A stretch of DNA of 64,000 nt from an uncultured Gammaproteobacteria bacterium (GTDB lineage Bacteria; Pseudomonadota; Gammaproteobacteria; UBA9214), in NCBI GenBank assembly GCA_963827755.1, contig CAWHCQ010000031.1, positions 32,001 to 96,000 on the forward strand, given 5' to 3'. A program made the position numbers and the translations under genes. Of the stretch, positions 11,698-22,207 are shown one piece after another. Position 1 is the first letter of the stretch; each line of letters starts with the position of its first letter. Below the pieces are notes generated by a model that had not been told where the DNA came from, ran no database searches, and saw only the letters and a program-made list of their open reading frames with translations.

Positions 11698-13035
11698 CTA
11701 TGGCAAGTCGGACTCGTTGAAGTGCCGTTTATCCACCTTCAAATAGGCGATGCCCTCCTCCTCAACCACAACCACCTCGGAAACTCCTTGCAGCGCAGAT
11801 AGTTGCCGGGACAAGGCCTCAGCGCCGACCTGCACCCCTGTACCAATCCTGTAGAGATAGGTACTGAGTTTTGCCGGCAGTGTCATCGAGGCAGCCAGCA
11901 GCAGCCACGCCAGTGTACCCAGTCCCGCCCAGAGAAAAACAGCATGCAGCCCTGACAGACCGTGTAAGACACCCCCCAATGTACCCCCCAGGAATACGCC
12001 CAGGAACTGTGCGCTGGAATAAACCCCCATGGCCGTACCGCGACAGTCAACCGGCGCAACGCGGGACACCAGTGACGGCAACATCGCCTCGAGCAGGTTG
12101 ATTGCGATAAAGAACACGACCAGCAAGACCGCCATACTGACGAGACTGACCGGCAGCAGATACAACCCCAGCTCCGCCATGGCCAGCAGGCCAATGGCCA
12201 GCAGCAGTACCACCCGGAGATGGCCCTTGCGTTCCGCAAGGATGATCAACGGCAACATGCCGAGCACGGAACACACCAGTACCGGCAGGTAGAGCTTCCA
12301 GTGATCGGCCGAGGCGATACCCGCCTCGTCACGCAATACCAGCGGCATGACCACGAAACTTGCCGTCAGCACGGCATGTAATACAAGGATGCCGGCATCG
12401 AGGCGCAATAAATCCGGGTGACTCAGAATGCGCCCCAACTGTGCCGGGATGGTCTCGGCCTCGCGGTGCGGTCGACTTGACGAGGGTTGCGGCACCACAA
12501 AGGCCACGACCAGCACCCCGGCCAGGGCGAGACCGACCGTAATCCAGAAAATGCCGGGGACACCGACCCATTCGTTCAGCACCGGCCCGAGGATCATGGC
12601 CGCGGCAAAGGCCAGGCCAATGCTCATGCCGATCAGCGCCATCGCCTTGATGCGGTGTTCCTCGCGGGTCAGGTCCGCGGTCAGTGCCATGACAGCGGCG
12701 GCAATTGCCCCGGCTCCCTGCAGGGCACGACCGAGGATGACTATATAGATGGAGTCCGCCAGCGCGGCCACCAGGCTGCCGACGGCAAATATCAGCAGGC
12801 CGCCGATAATGACGGGTTTGCGCCCGATGCGGTCGGACAGCAGGCCGGCGGGTATCTGCAGGGCGGCCTGGGTGAGACCATAGGCACCCAGGGCCAGTCC
12901 GGCCAGCGCCGGGGTAACCCCTTCAAGGTCAGCCGCATACAGCGCAAATACCGGCAGGATCATGAACAGGCCGAGCATGCGCAGGGCGTAAACACTTGAA
13001 AGTGAAAGCGCTGCGCGCCACTCGACGCGGCTCAT
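11698..13035 (-). CDS. yajR: YajR-like MFS transporter
   Basis: LRMLGLFMILPV, SDRIGRKP, C-terminal YAM-like AYLKVD; alternative GTG start at 13065. Confidence 0.85.
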   Translation of the reverse strand: MSRVEWRAALSLSSVYALRMLGLFMILPVFALYAADLEGVTPALAGLALGAYGLTQAALQIPAGLLSDRIGRKPVIIGGLLIFAVGSLVAALADSIYIVILGRALQGAGAIAAAVMALTADLTREEHRIKAMALIGMSIGLAFAAAMILGPVLNEWVGVPGIFWITVGLALAGVLVVAFVVPQPSSSRPHREAETIPAQLGRILSHPDLLRLDAGILVLHAVLTASFVVMPLVLRDEAGIASADHWKLYLPVLVCSVLGMLPLIILAERKGHLRVVLLLAIGLLAMAELGLYLLPVSLVSMAVLLVVFFIAINLLEAMLPSLVSRVAPVDCRGTAMGVYSSAQFLGVFLGGTLGGVLHGLSGLHAVFLWAGLGTLAWLLLAASMTLPAKLSTYLYRIGTGVQVGAEALSRQLSALQGVSEVVVVEEEGIAYLKVDKRHFNESDLP

Positions 13036-13138
13036 GCCAATTCCCTGGTCTCCTGCCTGACTCACGCGCCCGCTATCCTCTTTGTACAGCCGTCCGAAAA
13101 CGCCGTATATTAACAGGTTGCTGTTTTTCAAGTGAGAC

Positions 13139-16003
13139 ATGATGGATACGATTTCAATCCGCGGCGCCAGGACCCATAACCTGCAAAATGTTGACCTGGA
13201 CCTGCCGCGCGACAAACTGATCATCATCACCGGCCTGTCGGGGTCCGGAAAGTCCTCGCTCGCCTTCGACACCATCTATGCCGAGGGGCAACGCCGTTAC
13301 GTGGAGTCCCTGTCCGCCTATGCACGGCAATTCCTGTCGATGATGGAAAAACCGGATGTCGACCATATCGAGGGCCTGTCACCGGCCATCTCCATCGAAC
13401 AGAAATCGACCTCGCACAACCCGCGCTCCACCGTCGGCACCATCACCGAAATCTATGACTACCTGCGCCTGATGTATGCGCGCGTCGGCACGCCGCATTG
13501 CCCGGAACATGACAACGTACTGGAGGCACAAACGGTCAGCCAGATGGTTGATCATGTGCTGACCCTGCCGGAAGGCAGCCGCATGATACTGCTGGCACCC
13601 GTGGTCGAGGCACGCAAGGGCGAGCATGTCCAGGTCCTGGAGGAATTGCGTGCCCAGGGTTTTGTACGTGCGCGCATCGACGGCAAGGTTGTTGATCTTG
13701 ACCAGACACCAAAACTCGACCTGCGCCGCAAGCATGTCATCGAGGCCGTTGTTGACCGTTTCAAGGTACGCCCTGACCTGCAGCAACGTCTTGCAGAATC
13801 ATTTGAAACCGCGCTGCACCTGTCTGACGGCCTGGCACGCATTGCCTGGATGGATCATGCCGACAGGGAAGAGTTGCTGTTCTCGGCGAAATTTGCCTGT
13901 CCGCAATGCGGCTACTCCCTGTCCGAACTGGAGCCGCGGTTATTCTCTTTCAACAACCCGGCCGGCGCCTGCCCTGAATGTGACGGCCTCGGCGTACGCC
14001 AGTACTTTGATCCGGATCGCGTGGTCGCCCATCCCGAACTCAGCCTTGCGGGTGGCGCCATCCGTGGCTGGGACCGGCGCAATGCCTATTATTCACAGTT
14101 GATCGCCTCGCTCGCAGAGCACTATGGTTTCGATATCGAGACACCCTTCAACGAACTCCCCGGGGATATTCGGGAGATCATCCTGCATGGCAGCGGCGAT
14201 GAAGTCATCCGTTTCAACTATCTGAATGAACGCCGCGGCATGGTGGTGCGCAAGCATACCTTCGAGGGCATCATCCCGAACATGAAACGCCGCTACCGGG
14301 AAACGGAATCTTCCACGGTTCGCGAGGAACTGGCACGTTACCTCAGCAACCACGCCTGCCCGGACTGCAACGGCGCACGCCTGAACCTGGCTGCGCGGCA
14401 TGTCACGGTGAACGGCCAGACCCTGCCCCAGATAACTGCCCTGCCGGTCGGCTCCAGCAAGCAGCTGTTTGCAGAACTGCATCTCAAGGGCCGGCGCGGT
14501 GAAATTGCCGAAAAGATTCTCAAGGAAATCAATCTGCGCCTTTCGTTTCTCGTCAACGTTGGCCTTGACTACCTGTCGCTGGACCGCAGTGCAGAAACAC
14601 TCTCCGGCGGCGAGGCCCAGCGGATCCGGCTGGCAAGCCAGATCGGTGCCGGGCTGGTCGGTGTCATGTATGTTCTGGACGAACCTTCCATCGGCCTGCA
14701 TCAACGTGACAACCAGCGTCTGCTGAATACGCTCACCCACCTGCGCGACCTCGGCAATACCGTTATCGTCATCGAGCATGATGAAGAGGCCATTCGTGCC
14801 GGTGATCATGTCGTCGATGTTGGACCCGGCGCCGGTATACACGGCGGGCGAATCGTCTCGCAGGGAACACCGGCGGAGATTATTGCCGACAGGAATTCAC
14901 TGACGGGGCGTTATCTTTCCGGCCGCGAGTCGATCGCCATACCGGCACAGACCTGCAAGCATGATCCGGACAAGATGCTGGTCATCCGCGCGGCCAGCGG
15001 GAACAACCTGAAGTCGGTCACCGCAAGAATTCCGGTAGGCCTGATGACCTGTGTCACCGGCGTCTCCGGCTCCGGCAAGTCGACGCTCATCAACGACACG
15101 CTTTACCGTCGCGCCGCACAGGTACTCAACAAGGCATCCGTACAAGCGGCCGCCTGCGATGACATCGAAGGGCTGGAACAGTTTGACAAGATTGTCGATA
15201 TTGACCAGAGCCCGATAGGCCGCACGCCGCGCTCCAATCCCGCCACCTACACCGGACTGTTCACGCCGATCCGGGAATTGTTTGCCGCCACCCAGGAGGC
15301 GCGCGCACGCGGCTACAAACCCGGGCGTTTCAGCTTCAATGTCAAGGGTGGCCGTTGCGAGGCCTGCCAGGGTGATGGTCTCATCAAGGTCGAAATGCAT
15401 TTCCTGCCGGACATCTACGTGCCCTGCGATGTTTGCAAGGGGAAGCGCTACAACCGGGAAACCCTGGAAGTCCGTTACAAGGGCAAGAACATCAACGAAG
15501 TGCTGAAAATGACGGTCGAGGATGCACTGCCCTTCTTCAGCCCGATCCCGACCGTTGCCCGCAAGCTGCAAACACTGATGGACGTTGGTCTCTCCTACCT
15601 CAAGCTTGGACAGAACGCGACGACCCTGTCCGGTGGCGAAGCACAGCGCATCAAGCTGGCACGCGAACTCTCAAAACGTGATACCGGCAAGACGCTTTAC
15701 ATCCTTGACGAACCAACGACCGGGCTGCACTTTCACGACATTGCACAGTTGCTTACCGTGCTGCACCGGCTGCGTGATCACGGCAACACCATTATCGTGA
15801 TCGAACACAACCTGGATGTCATCAAGACGGCCGACTGGATCATCGACCTGGGACCGGAAGGCGGCACCCGTGGCGGTGAAATCGTGGTCACTGGCCCGCC
15901 TGCGGAGGTCGCCAGGCACAAGGCGTCATACACCGGGCAGTATCTGAAACACACGCTGGAGCAGCACCAGCGGCGCGCAGTCAGGCAGGCGAAGGCCGGC
16001 TAG
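13139..16003 (+). CDS. uvrA: Excinuclease ABC subunit A
   Basis: Two GxSGSGKS Walker A motifs, two LSGGEAQR signatures, Zn fingers. Confidence 0.98.
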   Translation: MMDTISIRGARTHNLQNVDLDLPRDKLIIITGLSGSGKSSLAFDTIYAEGQRRYVESLSAYARQFLSMMEKPDVDHIEGLSPAISIEQKSTSHNPRSTVGTITEIYDYLRLMYARVGTPHCPEHDNVLEAQTVSQMVDHVLTLPEGSRMILLAPVVEARKGEHVQVLEELRAQGFVRARIDGKVVDLDQTPKLDLRRKHVIEAVVDRFKVRPDLQQRLAESFETALHLSDGLARIAWMDHADREELLFSAKFACPQCGYSLSELEPRLFSFNNPAGACPECDGLGVRQYFDPDRVVAHPELSLAGGAIRGWDRRNAYYSQLIASLAEHYGFDIETPFNELPGDIREIILHGSGDEVIRFNYLNERRGMVVRKHTFEGIIPNMKRRYRETESSTVREELARYLSNHACPDCNGARLNLAARHVTVNGQTLPQITALPVGSSKQLFAELHLKGRRGEIAEKILKEINLRLSFLVNVGLDYLSLDRSAETLSGGEAQRIRLASQIGAGLVGVMYVLDEPSIGLHQRDNQRLLNTLTHLRDLGNTVIVIEHDEEAIRAGDHVVDVGPGAGIHGGRIVSQGTPAEIIADRNSLTGRYLSGRESIAIPAQTCKHDPDKMLVIRAASGNNLKSVTARIPVGLMTCVTGVSGSGKSTLINDTLYRRAAQVLNKASVQAAACDDIEGLEQFDKIVDIDQSPIGRTPRSNPATYTGLFTPIRELFAATQEARARGYKPGRFSFNVKGGRCEACQGDGLIKVEMHFLPDIYVPCDVCKGKRYNRETLEVRYKGKNINEVLKMTVEDALPFFSPIPTVARKLQTLMDVGLSYLKLGQNATTLSGGEAQRIKLARELSKRDTGKTLYILDEPTTGLHFHDIAQLLTVLHRLRDHGNTIIVIEHNLDVIKTADWIIDLGPEGGTRGGEIVVTGPPAEVARHKASYTGQYLKHTLEQHQRRAVRQAKAG

Positions 16004-16020
16004 CCGGCCTCACCTGTTCC

Positions 16021-16096
16021 GTAGGCGGATCTCATCCGCGATGATCGGTCGGCCCATCGCGCTGCGAGGCTCCTACATCGTCGCTTGAGAAGCGCC
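16021..16096. repeat. REP doublet plus fragment, family B (GTAGGAGCGGATCTCATCCGCGAT)
   Basis: 16021-16042 forward, 16056-16076 inverted, degenerate copy at 16081-16096; between convergent genes. Confidence 0.75.
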
Positions 16097-16110
16097 TGAG
16101 GCGCGAAGCT

Positions 16111-16836
16111 TCAATCAGGCCGGGTCAATGCGTCACCGTTATTCACACCAAGCACTTCGGCCGCACTGCCCCGGCTCACCGCGATCTCAACAAGGCCATT
16201 GGAATTCTCGTACCAGAAGGCTTCACCCGCGCCGACGCTTGAGAAGGTACGCGCCTGTTTTATTGTCCGGTTATTGACTTCAAGAACGGCATGCCCGTCA
16301 ACAGCGGAGGCACGCACACCGGTAATCAGGTTTCCGAACCGGTCTGTATAAACGACGCGGAATAAGTCGTCCGGCCACTCCGGCTGCTCAAGCCGGTCTG
16401 TCGAAACCGGCTTGCCATTACAACTGCCGTTTCGCGCCAGCTGTGCGGCAACCGGTGCAAACACGTCACGTCCATGAAAACTGCTCGAGGCGCCGGCCGG
16501 TACGGGTAACTGCCAGCACCCGGTTTTCCCGGCCCGCCTGGCAAGCAGCGCAAACAAACCTTCATTCGGACCGACAAACCACCGTCCATCGGCCCTGACC
16601 ACCACGCCCGGCCGGTCACCGCCAACCCCGGGATCAACCACGCAGAGGAAAACACTTCCGGGTTTGAATCCGCAACTATAGGCCGGCAATAGATACGCGG
16701 CGGCCCGAATATCAAACGGGGGCAGGTCAGAGAACAGGTTGATGACAGGTATGGCGGGCGCCTGCTGCTGCAACACGGCCTGCACCTGGCCGGTATAGGG
16801 CCCTTCAAGACCAAAATCAGTGAACAATACAATCAT
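16111..16836 (-). CDS. SAM hydroxide adenosyltransferase (DUF62; chlorinase/fluorinase superfamily)
   Basis: LFTDFG, VVDPGVG..R, SFHGRDVFAP, DRFGNL, NSNGLVEIAV. Confidence 0.9.
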   Translation of the reverse strand: MIVLFTDFGLEGPYTGQVQAVLQQQAPAIPVINLFSDLPPFDIRAAAYLLPAYSCGFKPGSVFLCVVDPGVGGDRPGVVVRADGRWFVGPNEGLFALLARRAGKTGCWQLPVPAGASSSFHGRDVFAPVAAQLARNGSCNGKPVSTDRLEQPEWPDDLFRVVYTDRFGNLITGVRASAVDGHAVLEVNNRTIKQARTFSSVGAGEAFWYENSNGLVEIAVSRGSAAEVLGVNNGDALTRPD

Positions 16837-16930
16837 CAACAGACCGGAATATTTCAGGTTACAGGATATCGACAACAGGTCTTCACAACACCGCCGGAAT
16901 AATAACCGTTAACCGGGACCAGCGCGCTTC

Positions 16931-17647
16931 TCAGGGCAACCATCCCCCGGTGGCCTGGACGGGCGCCGGATTTCCCGGCTCACTGATCCACAGCGCGATG
17001 CCATGACGCTGTACCGGCTGTTGCGCTATCGCGGGCAAGATCACCTCCCAGGTTCCATTCGATGAAGGATATACCTTGTGCGCGAGGGCGATGAATTCCT
17101 GTGCAAGCGTACGGTTCCTGTTCTCGCCTCGCGTAACCTCGGTCTCGATACCAAAACCGAGCATGGCAACGTGAAGCTCCAGGGGTCGATCCGTAGCCGG
17201 GAAACCGGCACTGAGCCGGTCACCTGCAATACGAACTGACAGGTTTCCCGGTTCCCTGTCGCTGGCTCGCGGCTGCAGCCGCAGGGTCCAGCCGCGCCAT
17301 TCACGCCCGTTTACAAAAAACCCCGGCGTATAGATGGTCCGGGTTCGCCCGGCCCTGGCATAGTCGCGCTGGCGTTTGCCATGCTCCTTGCGCGCGAAAA
17401 TATCCTTCCAGCCAATGTTATCCCAGTAATCCACGTGCAGGGCTACCGGTACCACGCTGTTCCACAACTCATCGCTATCAAGGTATTCATTAAACCAGCG
17501 TTCGGCCGGCGGGCAGCTGCTGCAGCCCTGGGAGGTGAAGAGTTCGAGCAGGGTCACCTGGCGGGTGCCGCTGTTCAGCTGGATATCCCCTGCAGCGGCA
17601 TGGCCGATGAACAACAGCAGAACAAGACATGCAAGGCGTATTGGCAT
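16931..17647 (-). CDS. Secreted DUF1223 thioredoxin-like protein
   Basis: Signal peptide; ELFTSQGCSSCPPAE, HVDYWD..GWKD, YTP. Confidence 0.9.
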   Translation of the reverse strand: MPIRLACLVLLLFIGHAAAGDIQLNSGTRQVTLLELFTSQGCSSCPPAERWFNEYLDSDELWNSVVPVALHVDYWDNIGWKDIFARKEHGKRQRDYARAGRTRTIYTPGFFVNGREWRGWTLRLQPRASDREPGNLSVRIAGDRLSAGFPATDRPLELHVAMLGFGIETEVTRGENRNRTLAQEFIALAHKVYPSSNGTWEVILPAIAQQPVQRHGIALWISEPGNPAPVQATGGWLP

Positions 17648-17767
17648 AGTATGGATTCCAGCGGGTGGTGGCGATTGATAACATCATGAAGCGTCCACCT
17701 CACTTCATTATATCCGGATCATGCACCGACAGAGTTCTGACTCCGTGCAGGCCATTTGAGTTCAACC

Positions 17768-18061
17768 ATGAAAGCAACTGCTGAATTACAGGTTATTCCG
17801 ATTGGCGATGGCGTGTCTGTCAGGAAAGAGATCACCCGGGTCGTTGAACTGCTCCAGGGCCATGCGATCACCCTGGAAACGCATGCCTCCGGCACCAATA
17901 TCGAGGGGGAGCTTGCCGCCATCCTCGCCGCCGTCGAGCACATCCATACCACCCTGCATGCCGAGGGCAGCGTCCGCCTTGTCAGTTACCTGAAACTGGA
18001 AACCCGCACCGACAAGACACCGACACTGGCCGGGAAGAAACTCCAGGCGCAGGATCCGTGA
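17768..18061 (+). CDS. MTH1187/thiamine-binding family protein
   Basis: AELQVIPIG..SV, HASGTNIEG, RTDK. Confidence 0.85.
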   Translation: MKATAELQVIPIGDGVSVRKEITRVVELLQGHAITLETHASGTNIEGELAAILAAVEHIHTTLHAEGSVRLVSYLKLETRTDKTPTLAGKKLQAQDP

Positions 18062-18124
18062 ACACCGGGTTATCATCTTGTTCTGTCCTGGAAGTACGGG
18101 CAGAGATCAACTATAAATGCCTGG

Positions 18125-18370
18125 TTAGTTAGTTTCGCCTTCTTCCTCTCCTTTGCTGAACTGGCATTGCCAATGAAACGCCTGTGCCAGGATAGCAACC
18201 AACCCAACCAAAGCGACCAGAAAAGGAAATAAATAGGGTGACATGTCGACCTGGTGAGAGACGGCTATATGAAGCGTGTAAATAAAGCCGACCAGTAACA
18301 GGAACTTCAAAAAACACGCAAAAGGACACCTGCTGGCGCGGTGAAATACCCTAGTAATCAAAGTTGACAC
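18125..18370 (-). CDS. Small two-TM hypothetical membrane protein (81 aa)
   Basis: GTG start with GGGAGG RBS; two hydrophobic helices, acidic tail. Confidence 0.65.
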   Translation of the reverse strand: MSTLITRVFHRASRCPFACFLKFLLLVGFIYTLHIAVSHQVDMSPYLFPFLVALVGLVAILAQAFHWQCQFSKGEEEGETN

Positions 18371-18421
18371 GGTTACCTCCCTGGCTGGCATATCCGGGTA
18401 TCCGGATGCCTGCAAATCCGA

Positions 18422-18649
18422 CTAATCTTTGGATAATGATGCAGTCCACCAGTGCCAGCCTCGCCCGTGACTGCCGGACTGATTCTCCGCCCGTGCCCTG
18501 GCGCTGGATTGATCGAATGGCTGAATGGAATTTTTCTCTGCCTGCATCCTTGCATGAAGAGACTCGATCAATTGACTGTCAACCTTCGCAAAATAGATAT
18601 CCTCAGCCGCCTGCTCTGCAAGCCTGAGCTTTGTAACAAAATCACTCAT
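18422..18649 (-). CDS. Small hypothetical protein with IF1/ATPase-inhibitor-like N-terminus (75 aa)
   Basis: MSDFVTKLRLAEQAAEDIYFAKVDSQLIESLH; GAGGT RBS. Confidence 0.65.
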   Translation of the reverse strand: MSDFVTKLRLAEQAAEDIYFAKVDSQLIESLHARMQAEKNSIQPFDQSSARARAENQSGSHGRGWHWWTASLSKD

Positions 18650-18737
18650 AACTGACCTCGCTTTAGATATATAAGTAATCAATCAAATTCTAATTTAATA
18701 ATAGTACAACCATATCAAAATTTCATTAAAACCCGGT

Positions 18738-18752
18738 GCGGCATAATGTCGC
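18738..18752. promoter_or_regulatory. RegA/RegR/PrrA/RoxR-type box
   Basis: GCGGC-ATAAT-GTCGC, an exact fit to GCGGC-N5-GTCGC, within the palindrome GGTGCG..CGCACC. Confidence 0.6.
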
Positions 18753-18815
18753 ACCTTCGAAAGTGGCGCCGAAGCAGGACGCCATTAAGGCGGTGTTTCG
18801 ATCGTATATTGTTGT

Positions 18816-18828
18816 TAAGTCATTGATT
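18816..18828 (-). promoter_or_regulatory. Putative IHF site
   Basis: Minus strand AATCAA-TGAC-TTA fits WATCAANNNNTTR with an AT-rich flank. Confidence 0.5.
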
Positions 18829-18960
18829 ATATTTATTTAAGCTAAGCAAGCGTTATGCGGGCAGGTAGAGACGCGCCACGGTTTTGAACATCGCCCGCAG
18901 GCGCTGCCCGGCATCGCAGCGGGGAATTTGCGCGCCGGCGCCCGCTCCTGCGCCAGGCAT

Positions 18961-18987
18961 AAAAAAACCGGGCTTTGCCCGGTTTTC
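18961..18987 (-). terminator. Intrinsic terminator of the alpha operon
   Basis: AAAACCGGGC-AAA-GCCCGGTTTTTTT on the minus strand after rplQ. Confidence 0.88.
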
Positions 18988-19022
18988 CTGATCCCGCACA
19001 TCGGGATTATGCAATTGTTTAG

Positions 19023-19409
19023 CTACTGCGCAGCCGTGTCAGCATCAACTTCCGGACGATCGACCAGCTCGACATAGGCCATGGGGGCCTTGTCACCGGT
19101 GCGGTAGCCCATTTTCAGGATGCGCAGGTAACCGCCCGGGCGTTCCTTGTAACGCGGACCCAGCTCATTGAACAGCTTGGTCACGATGTCGCGATCGCGC
19201 AAACGATCAAAGGCAATCCGGCGCTTGTGCACAGAATCATTCTTCGCCATGGTGATAAACGGCTCGGCAACACGCCGCAGCTCCTTCGCCCTGGGCAAGG
19301 TAGTCCTGATCACCTCGTGGCGCAGCAGTGACACCGTCATGTTCTTGAACATGGCCTTGCGATGCGAGCTGTTACGATTTAATTGCCGCCCTGACTTACG
19401 ATGACGCAT
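19023..19409 (-). CDS. rplQ: 50S ribosomal protein L17
   Basis: [20 protein letters not shown]. Confidence 0.99.
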   Translation of the reverse strand: MRHRKSGRQLNRNSSHRKAMFKNMTVSLLRHEVIRTTLPRAKELRRVAEPFITMAKNDSVHKRRIAFDRLRDRDIVTKLFNELGPRYKERPGGYLRILKMGYRTGDKAPMAYVELVDRPEVDADTAAQ

Positions 19410-19438
19410 TTTTCTGTACCTTTACTTGTGATAGTTGC

Positions 19439-20446
19439 CTAAGCGCTGGCTGCTTCGTTTTCCTTGCTACCCAGGCTGGCCGGTGGCCAGTTCTCCAGGC
19501 GCATACCCAGCGACAATCCCTTGGTAGCCAGGACGTCCTTGATCTCAGTCAACGACTTCTTGCCCAGATTCGGCGTCTTTAGCAGTTCGACTTCGGTACG
19601 CTGTATCAGGTCACCGATAAAATAAATACTTTCTGCCTTGAGGCAGTTTGCCGAACGCACCGTCAGCTCCAGGTCATCGACCGGGCGCAGCAGGATCGGG
19701 TCAATATTGGCTTCCGGAGCAACCGTTGATACTTCAGGGCTGGCCTGCAGATTGACGAAAGCCCCGAGCTGATCCTGCAATATGGTTGCAGCATGGCGAA
19801 TCGCTTCTTCGGGATCAATGGTACCGTTTGTCTCGATATCGATTATCAGCTTGTCAAGGTCGGTACGCTGCTCGACGCGGGCACGATCGACGTTATACGA
19901 GATACGGCTGACAGGACTAAACGATGCATCAAGCTGCAGTCTTCCGATTGTGTGACCCTCGCTTTCCTCATCGATACGTCTCGTGACCGGCTGATAACCC
20001 CTGTCCTTGGCGATCTTGAGCGTCATATTCAACTCACCGGCCTTGGTCAGGTTGGCGATCACGTGATCCGGGTTGACGATTTCGACGTCATGATCGAGCT
20101 TGATGTCACCGGCAGTGACAGGGCCCGGGCCTTTTTTACTCAGCGAAAGGGTTGCTTCCTTGCGATTGTGCATCCGCAGTGAAACCTTCTTCAGGTTGAG
20201 CAGAATATCGATGACATCTTCCTGCACACCTTCGATAGTTGAGTACTCGTGCTCGACGCCTTCTATCTGGACTTCAGTGACAGCAGCACCCGGCATGGAT
20301 GACAGCAGGATTCGACGCAAGGCATTGCCGAGCGTATGGCCGAAACCACGCTCCAGGGGTTCCAGCGTTACCCTGGCGTGCTTGTCATTGACCACATTTA
20401 CATCGACGATGCGTGGTTTCAGGAATTCAGAAACATTACCCGGCAT
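19439..20446 (-). CDS. rpoA: RNA polymerase alpha subunit
   Basis: [18 protein letters not shown]; LTVRSANCL. Confidence 0.99.
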   Translation of the reverse strand: MPGNVSEFLKPRIVDVNVVNDKHARVTLEPLERGFGHTLGNALRRILLSSMPGAAVTEVQIEGVEHEYSTIEGVQEDVIDILLNLKKVSLRMHNRKEATLSLSKKGPGPVTAGDIKLDHDVEIVNPDHVIANLTKAGELNMTLKIAKDRGYQPVTRRIDEESEGHTIGRLQLDASFSPVSRISYNVDRARVEQRTDLDKLIIDIETNGTIDPEEAIRHAATILQDQLGAFVNLQASPEVSTVAPEANIDPILLRPVDDLELTVRSANCLKAESIYFIGDLIQRTEVELLKTPNLGKKSLTEIKDVLATKGLSLGMRLENWPPASLGSKENEAASA

Positions 20447-20464
20447 TGAGAAATTCCTCGATTA

Positions 20465-21091
20465 TTACTTTGAATACAACTCGACAATGAGGTGCTCGTT
20501 GATATCGGCGGGCATCTCACCACGTTCAGGACGCGTCTTGTACACGCCCTCCATCTTTTTCGCATCAACGTCAATCCAGTCTGCAATACCGCGTTGCTGG
20601 GCCAGATCAATAGCGGCCTTGATACGCAACTGCTCGCGGGCCTTTGCATTGACGGCAACCACGTCATTTGGCCGAACCTGGTAGGACGGAATATTGACCC
20701 GTGAACCATTGATACTGATACCGTTATGACGCACCAGCTGACGGGACTCGCTGCGAGACGCGGAAAAACCCATGCGGTACACGACATTATCAAGCCGGCC
20801 TTCAAGCAACTGCAGCAGGATCTCACCCGTAGAACCCTTGGTGGCGGCAGCCTGCTTGTAGTAATTCCTGAATTGCCGTTCCAGCACACCATAGATACGG
20901 CGCAGCTTCTGTTTCTCGCGCAACTGGGTGGCATAGTCAGAAAGTCGCGTACGGCGCTGGCCATGTTGCCCCGGCGGGAATGGACGTGTCTCTACTGCAC
21001 ATTTCGAGGTGAAGCATTTCTCACCCTTGAGATACAGCTTGCCCCCCTCGCGGCGACATTGCCGGCATTTCGATCCAGTGTACTTTGCCAT
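20465..21091 (-). CDS. rpsD: 30S ribosomal protein S4 (four-Cys form)
   Basis: [16 protein letters not shown]; [11 protein letters not shown]; IVELYSK. Confidence 0.98.
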   Translation of the reverse strand: MAKYTGSKCRQCRREGGKLYLKGEKCFTSKCAVETRPFPPGQHGQRRTRLSDYATQLREKQKLRRIYGVLERQFRNYYKQAAATKGSTGEILLQLLEGRLDNVVYRMGFSASRSESRQLVRHNGISINGSRVNIPSYQVRPNDVVAVNAKAREQLRIKAAIDLAQQRGIADWIDVDAKKMEGVYKTRPERGEMPADINEHLIVELYSK

Positions 21092-21105
21092 GTTCTGCTT
21101 CCTTC

Positions 21106-21489
21106 CTAGACGCGACGACGTTTCGGTGGACGACACCCGTTATGCGGTATCGGCGTCACGTCAGTAATGTTGGTAATCTGAAACCCGGCATTGTTCAATG
21201 CACGGACAGCTGATTCTCGACCAGGTCCCGGACCCTTGACCTCAACCTCGAGATTCTTCAGGCCGTATTCCTTCACTTTCTCACCGGCTTTTTCAGCAGC
21301 AACCTGTGCTGCGAACGGCGTGCTCTTGCGCGAGCCGCGAAACCCGGAGCCACCTGCAGTTGCCCAGGCCAGCGCATTACCCTGGCGATCCGTGATCATG
21401 ATAATGGTGTTATTGAACGACGCGTGGATATGGGCAATCCCGTCAGCGATATCCTTCTTCACTTTTTTCTTTGTTGGTGTCTTTGCCAT
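21106..21489 (-). CDS. rpsK: 30S ribosomal protein S11
   Basis: [25 protein letters not shown]. Confidence 0.99.
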   Translation of the reverse strand: MAKTPTKKKVKKDIADGIAHIHASFNNTIIMITDRQGNALAWATAGGSGFRGSRKSTPFAAQVAAEKAGEKVKEYGLKNLEVEVKGPGPGRESAVRALNNAGFQITNITDVTPIPHNGCRPPKRRRV

Positions 21490-21529
21490 ACCTAGTGTCC
21501 GGTAACAGATTCGGTTAGTTGATCAATCA

Positions 21530-21886
21530 TCACTTGCGGATCGGGCGTTTTGGCCCTTTGCGGGTCCGTGCATTGGTGCGCGTACGCTGCCCCCGGAGTG
21601 GCAGGCCACGACGATGACGGATGCCACGGTAACAACCCAGGTCCATCAGCCGCTTGATGCTCATGGAAATAGTGCGGCGCAGGTCGCCTTCAATGGTGTA
21701 CCTGGTCAACGCACCGCGAATTTTCTCGATCTCGGCCTCGGTCAGATCCTTGATCTTCGTCTCGGGCTGAATACCGCTTTCATCACAAATCGTGCGCGCA
21801 GTATTACGTCCTATCCCGTAAATCCCGGTCAGGGCAATCACCGCATGCTTGTGCGGCGCAATATTAATTCCGGCAATACGTGCCAT
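21530..21886 (-). CDS. rpsM: 30S ribosomal protein S13
   Basis: [24 protein letters not shown]. Confidence 0.99.
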   Translation of the reverse strand: MARIAGINIAPHKHAVIALTGIYGIGRNTARTICDESGIQPETKIKDLTEAEIEKIRGALTRYTIEGDLRRTISMSIKRLMDLGCYRGIRHRRGLPLRGQRTRTNARTRKGPKRPIRK

Positions 21887-21936
21887 TTAAATCATCTCCA
21901 ACACGACGTTAGTAAACCCGGCGCGAAAAGCAGGGT

Positions 21937-21965
21937 AGGATAACTGCTAAGCGCCAACAAATCAA
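21937..21965 (-). promoter_or_regulatory. alpha-operon sigma70 promoter
   Basis: TTGATT-17 bp-TATCCT upstream of rpsM. Confidence 0.6.
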
Positions 21966-22057
21966 ACCGGAACAGGCCCCTGCACTCCGTAGCCAGGTTC
22001 GCCTGAAAGGCAGATAACTTCATTTATTTCAATGCGTTGCTTGCTGCGCGCAGGCGC

Positions 22058-22171
22058 TCAGCCCTGACGCTGCTTGTGGCGTCCATCTTTGCAGATGACC
22101 CGCACCACACCATTGCGCCGGACGACCTTGCAGTTACGACAGATACGCTTGACTGAAGCACGTACTTTCAT
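22058..22171 (-). CDS. rpmJ: 50S ribosomal protein L36 (not in the ORF track)
   Basis: Manual translation [37 protein letters not shown]. Confidence 0.98.
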   Translation of the reverse strand: MKVRASVKRICRNCKVVRRNGVVRVICKDGRHKQRQG

Positions 22172-22207
22172 CTCAATTCACCTTTAGTTAAACCCTGCAG
22201 CGACAAC

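Noticed and set aside
13060-13138. LexA SOS box before uvrA
   Set aside because: No CTGT-N8-ACAG; the nearest match, CCGTATATTAACAG, has the wrong half-site and spacing.
11698-13275. Extended MFS N-terminus overlapping uvrA
   Set aside because: The extension is antisense to uvrA; plausible starts with RBS-like sequences are at 13035 or 13065.
16111-16836. Fluorinase or chlorinase
   Set aside because: The FHGRD motif and conserved Arg indicate the hydroxide-using DUF62 class, and there is no biosynthetic context.
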